Shown piece by piece: positions 60,488 to 64,000 of a stretch of DNA of 64,000 bases. This DNA is from an uncultured delta proteobacterium (GTDB lineage: Bacteria; Desulfobacterota; BSN033; UBA1163): contig CAWHBU010000006.1 of NCBI GenBank assembly GCA_963827685.1, forward strand, positions 96,001-160,000. The letters are read 5' to 3'. A model generated the notes under the pieces. It searched no databases and was not told the DNA's origin. It worked only from the letters and a program-made list of their open reading frames with translations. Every line of letters begins with the position of its first letter. Position 1 is the first letter of the stretch. Both the position numbers and the translations under genes were made by a program.

Positions 60488-62095
60488 TTAGGGGGCATTG
60501 GCGCTCGGCTGATCTGCTGATACGGGCTTGCTCTCGGTTGACTGCTGATACTTGTTGTCTTCGCCACCGGGATGACCGATCGAGCGTAGGGAGGATACAT
60601 TCCAGCCGCCGCCCAGGGCTTTGACAAGAAGTACGCTGGCGGTCATCCTGCGGCTGAGAATGCCAAGTGCGGTTATCTCGTTGTTCAGTGCTATAGTCTG
60701 AGCAACTAAAACGTTAAGGTAGCTGACTGTCCCCGCCTTGTATTGGTTGGTGGTAAAAGTGACGGATTGCTGCGCGGCCTTCACCGCCTCATCCTGCACC
60801 TTAGCCTCTTCCTCAAGGATGCGTAGCGCGGCCAGGTTGTCTTCTACCTCCTGAAATCCCGTGAGTACGGTCTGACGATAGGATGCGACTGTCCCGTCAT
60901 AGACTGCCCGCGCCGCAGCAGTCTGAGCCCGCCTCAAGCCCCCGTCAAACACGGTCTCCGAGATCCCCGGTCCAACCGACCAGAAGCGGCTTGGCCACGT
61001 AAGCCACTTGGTCAGACTCGAGCCTTCAAAGCCGCCCGATGCACTCAACGTGACGGTTGGATAATAGGCGGCCACGGCCACTCCGATCTGGGCATTCGTC
61101 GCCGCAACGCGCCGCTCAGCGCCAGCGATATCAGGCCTGCGTTCGAGAAGCTCGGACGGCACCCCCACGGGCACGGTGGGAGGAACCGCTAGCGGTGCAA
61201 CAGGGATAGAAAACAGAGATGCGGGTTTCCCAACGAGCAATGCGATAGCATGCTCCAACTGCGTGCGCTGTACGCCAACATCGATCGCCTGAGCCTGAGT
61301 GGTCTTGAGCTGGGTTTCTGCCTGGAGCACGTCTGCCCTGGACGCCACGCCACTCGCATACCGGTTTTTTGTCAGTTCGAGGGTCTTTTGGAAGGCGATG
61401 ACCGTTACGTCCAGGAGCTGCTTCTGCCCATCGAGGACACCCAGTAGAAAATAGTCCTGGGCCAGTTCGGCCTGAACCAGCAAGCGTGTCGATTCGAGGT
61501 CTGCCGCGGTCGCTTGGGCGCTTGCCTTGCTGGCCTCAACGGTGCGGCGGACCCGGCCCCAAAGGTCCGGTTCCCAGGACGCATCGGCGACAAGCATGTA
61601 GTTAGAGGTGGCCGTGGGAGAGACTCCGGTCGTTCCCGTCCTGCTTGAGCGCGTAGGAGACGCCCCGACCGTGACCGTCGGAAAGTAGCTCGCTCGAGCC
61701 GCCTGAACCAGCGCTCGGGCCTGCCGAAACTGCGCCTCCGCCACCATCACGCTCTGGTTCGAGATATTAACCTGCTCTTCGAGCGCATTCAACTGAGGAT
61801 CATTGAAGATCTCCCACCATACTCCCCGAACGAGATGGTCCTTGGGCTGTGCCACCTTCCAGCCCTCCATCTCCTTGTAAACTCCCGGTACCTCGGCTGT
61901 GGGCCTCACGTAATCCGGGCCGACTGTACAAGCGGTCAGGAGAGTAAGCGCCCCTGCGAGTGCCACAAGCATGGATCGGCAAGTCCACCCACGAAGACTT
62001 ACTTTTAGGCGGATCATCGAACCCTGTTTTCCAACTCGGTGGCCATCCCGGATTTGTTCGATAGATATGTTCCACGAATGAAGCATCGCAGTCAC
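60488..62095 (-). CDS. NodT-family outer-membrane efflux lipoprotein (start uncertain)
   Basis: LTACTVGPDY.RP lipobox, WW..F.DP.L, WEPDLWG, LLERRPDI, L.KALGGGW. Confidence 0.92.
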   Translation of the reverse strand: MTAMLHSWNISIEQIRDGHRVGKQGSMIRLKVSLRGWTCRSMLVALAGALTLLTACTVGPDYVRPTAEVPGVYKEMEGWKVAQPKDHLVRGVWWEIFNDPQLNALEEQVNISNQSVMVAEAQFRQARALVQAARASYFPTVTVGASPTRSSRTGTTGVSPTATSNYMLVADASWEPDLWGRVRRTVEASKASAQATAADLESTRLLVQAELAQDYFLLGVLDGQKQLLDVTVIAFQKTLELTKNRYASGVASRADVLQAETQLKTTQAQAIDVGVQRTQLEHAIALLVGKPASLFSIPVAPLAVPPTVPVGVPSELLERRPDIAGAERRVAATNAQIGVAVAAYYPTVTLSASGGFEGSSLTKWLTWPSRFWSVGPGISETVFDGGLRRAQTAAARAVYDGTVASYRQTVLTGFQEVEDNLAALRILEEEAKVQDEAVKAAQQSVTFTTNQYKAGTVSYLNVLVAQTIALNNEITALGILSRRMTASVLLVKALGGGWNVSSLRSIGHPGGEDNKYQQSTESKPVSADQPSANAP

Positions 62096-62096
62096 C

Positions 62097-64000
62097 TCAA
62101 TACTCTCGGATCATAGGTGTCGTTTTGTGCGCTCCCCTCTTACCTTTAAGCCAAAGCCTGAAGCGATCAAGGTAGAGATAAATCACCGGCGTGGTATAGA
62201 GAGTGAGCATCTGGCTGAAAATGAGGCCACCAACGATGGAGATGCCGAGCGGTCGGCGAAGTTCCGATCCCACGCCGCTGCCCAACGCCATAGGAAGCGC
62301 CCCCAAAAGCGCCGCCATCGTCGTCATCATGATCGGCCGGAATCGCAAGAGACTGGCCTGGTAGATCGCATCAACAGGGCTTTTTCCCTCCCTGCGCTCA
62401 GCCTCCAATGCAAAATCGACCATCATGATGCCGTTCTTCTTCACGATGCCGATCAAAAGAATGACGCCTATCAAGGCAATGACGCTAAGCTCCGTGTGAA
62501 AGACTAAAAGGGCGAGCACCGCTCCCACACCCGCCGAGGGCAGTGTGGACAGGATGGTGATCGGGTGGATGTAGCTCTCATAGAGGACCCCCAGCACGAT
62601 ATAAACTGTCACGAGGGCTGCCAGGATCAAAAGCGGTTCGCTGGCCAGCGATGCCTGGAAGGCTTGGGCCGTACCCGAGAAGCTTGACCGGATACTTGCG
62701 GGCAGCCCCATCTGCTGTGTGGCCGCCTGGATTGACTTTACACCGTCCCCGAGCGCGACCCCTGGAAGTAAATTGAAGAAAATCGTCACCGACGGAAACT
62801 GACCCTGGTGGTTCACTGCCAGTGACGTCCAGGTTCGTTCGAAACGAGCGAATGCGCTAAGCGGTACCATGGCCCCGGTAGGAGGAGAGTTCACATAAAT
62901 GTCCCGCAGCGTTTCAGGGCGTTGCCAAAACTTCGGTTCGACCTCCATCACCACGTGGTACTGATTTAAGAGCGTGTAAGTGATCGCCACCTGCCGCTGG
63001 CCGAAGGCGTCGTACAAGGTGTTATCAATGAGTTGCGGCGTGATGCCCAGCCTCGAGGCCGTGCTGCGGTCGATCACCACCGAGGTTTGGAGTCCCTTGT
63101 TCTGCTGATCGCTGCTCACATCGACGAGTTGAGGCATGGTGCGCATTCGTTGCAGCATACGTGGACCCCATGCGTTGAGCTCTATCAGGTTGTCTCCCTG
63201 AAGCGTGTATTGATATAATGCAGCGCCTATCCTACCTCCGATGCGCAAATCCTGCACTGACTGAAAATAGGTTGGGGCGCCTGGTACCTGGGCGAGCTTT
63301 TTGCGCACCCGGGCAATCACCTGCCCTGCGGTGGCTTTCCGCTGCTTAAAGGGTTTTAGTGTAATGAACATTCGTGCCATATTCGTGCCGGCGCCTCCAC
63401 CAGTGTAGGCCGCCACGTAGTCGACTTCAGGATCGCTCCTGATAATGTCCACTACTTCTGTTAACTTATTCTTCATGGCCTGAAACGATATATCCTGCTC
63501 CGCCTGAATGGTAGCGCTGAGGCGTCCGGTGTCTTGCTCCGGGAAGAAGCCTTTCGGAATGACGATGAAGAGGCCGATATTAACCCCGATGGTAACCAGT
63601 GTCAGGGCGAGCATAAAGCGGGAGTGGCCCAGCGCCCAGCGGAGAGTGAGATCGTAGCGATGACGCATCGCGTTGAAAATCCGCTCACTCGCTTTATACA
63701 GGGGCCCGTGTCCATCAGTTTTCTCAGGCTTAAGAATCGTGGCGCACATCATAGGGGTTGTCGTGAGCGATAAAATGAGCGAAATAGCCACTGCTACAGA
63801 GAGTGTCACAGCGAACTCGCGAAACAGGCGGCCTACCATCCCGCCCATCAACAGAATGGGAAGGAAAACTGCAACCAGAGAGGCGCTCATCGACAGAACG
63901 GTGAAGGCGATCTCCCGTGACCCCATTAAGGCCGCCTCTTTCGGGAGTACCCCTTTCTCCCTGTATCGCGTGATGTTCTCAAGAACGACAATAGCGTCGT
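62097..64000 (-). CDS. MdtC-like RND transporter, 5' end outside window
   Basis: DAIVVLENI at window edge, FFPEQDTG, YESYIHPITILSTLPSAGVGA, GIVKKN.IMMVDFA, RFRPIMMTT. Confidence 0.9.
   Translation of the reverse strand, partial: DAIVVLENITRYREKGVLPKEAALMGSREIAFTVLSMSASLVAVFLPILLMGGMVGRLFREFAVTLSVAVAISLILSLTTTPMMCATILKPEKTDGHGPLYKASERIFNAMRHRYDLTLRWALGHSRFMLALTLVTIGVNIGLFIVIPKGFFPEQDTGRLSATIQAEQDISFQAMKNKLTEVVDIIRSDPEVDYVAAYTGGGAGTNMARMFITLKPFKQRKATAGQVIARVRKKLAQVPGAPTYFQSVQDLRIGGRIGAALYQYTLQGDNLIELNAWGPRMLQRMRTMPQLVDVSSDQQNKGLQTSVVIDRSTASRLGITPQLIDNTLYDAFGQRQVAITYTLLNQYHVVMEVEPKFWQRPETLRDIYVNSPPTGAMVPLSAFARFERTWTSLAVNHQGQFPSVTIFFNLLPGVALGDGVKSIQAATQQMGLPASIRSSFSGTAQAFQASLASEPLLILAALVTVYIVLGVLYESYIHPITILSTLPSAGVGAVLALLVFHTELSVIALIGVILLIGIVKKNGIMMVDFALEAERREGKSPVDAIYQASLLRFRPIMMTTMAALLGALPMALGSGVGSELRRPLGISIVGGLIFSQMLTLYTTPVIYLYLDRFRLWLKGKRGAHKTTPMIREY

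Overview
Chromosomal window from an anaerobic bacterium, probably Deltaproteobacteria/Desulfobacterota-like (inferred from gene content only). Left part: a liv-type ABC operon flanked by a diverged ~233-bp direct repeat, then a B12-riboswitch-controlled cobamide salvage/remodelling operon (btuB-cbiR-cobU-cobS-cobT-btuF-cobQ; cobT has an in-frame TGA). Centre: a 28.8-kb element integrated in tRNA-Phe(GAA), bounded by a perfect 49-bp att repeat (14588-14636 and 43332-43380). Its backbone is integrase, excisionase, an Sm/Hfq-like protein, a plasmid-type replication initiator with iteron-like repeats, an RHH protein, a small tyrosine recombinase, and both terminase subunits. I recognise no portal, capsid or tail gene, so it is a candidate packaging-motor-only satellite. 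Its cargo is split into blocks by two copies of a res-like site fused to the same truncated end of a family-A DNA polymerase. It also carries a solitary attC cassette (HNH nuclease) and an IS110 with a recognisable bridge-RNA region. Right part: rsmE, prmA, dusB, Fur-family + cbiMQO, YyaL, typA, a DEAD-box helicase, a sigma54-driven c-di-GMP-I riboswitch in front of a small ORF and a decayed tRNA-Thr, and an RND efflux operon. Several frameshifts and stops could be real decay or sequencing errors. All family calls come from motif recognition by eye, not database searches.
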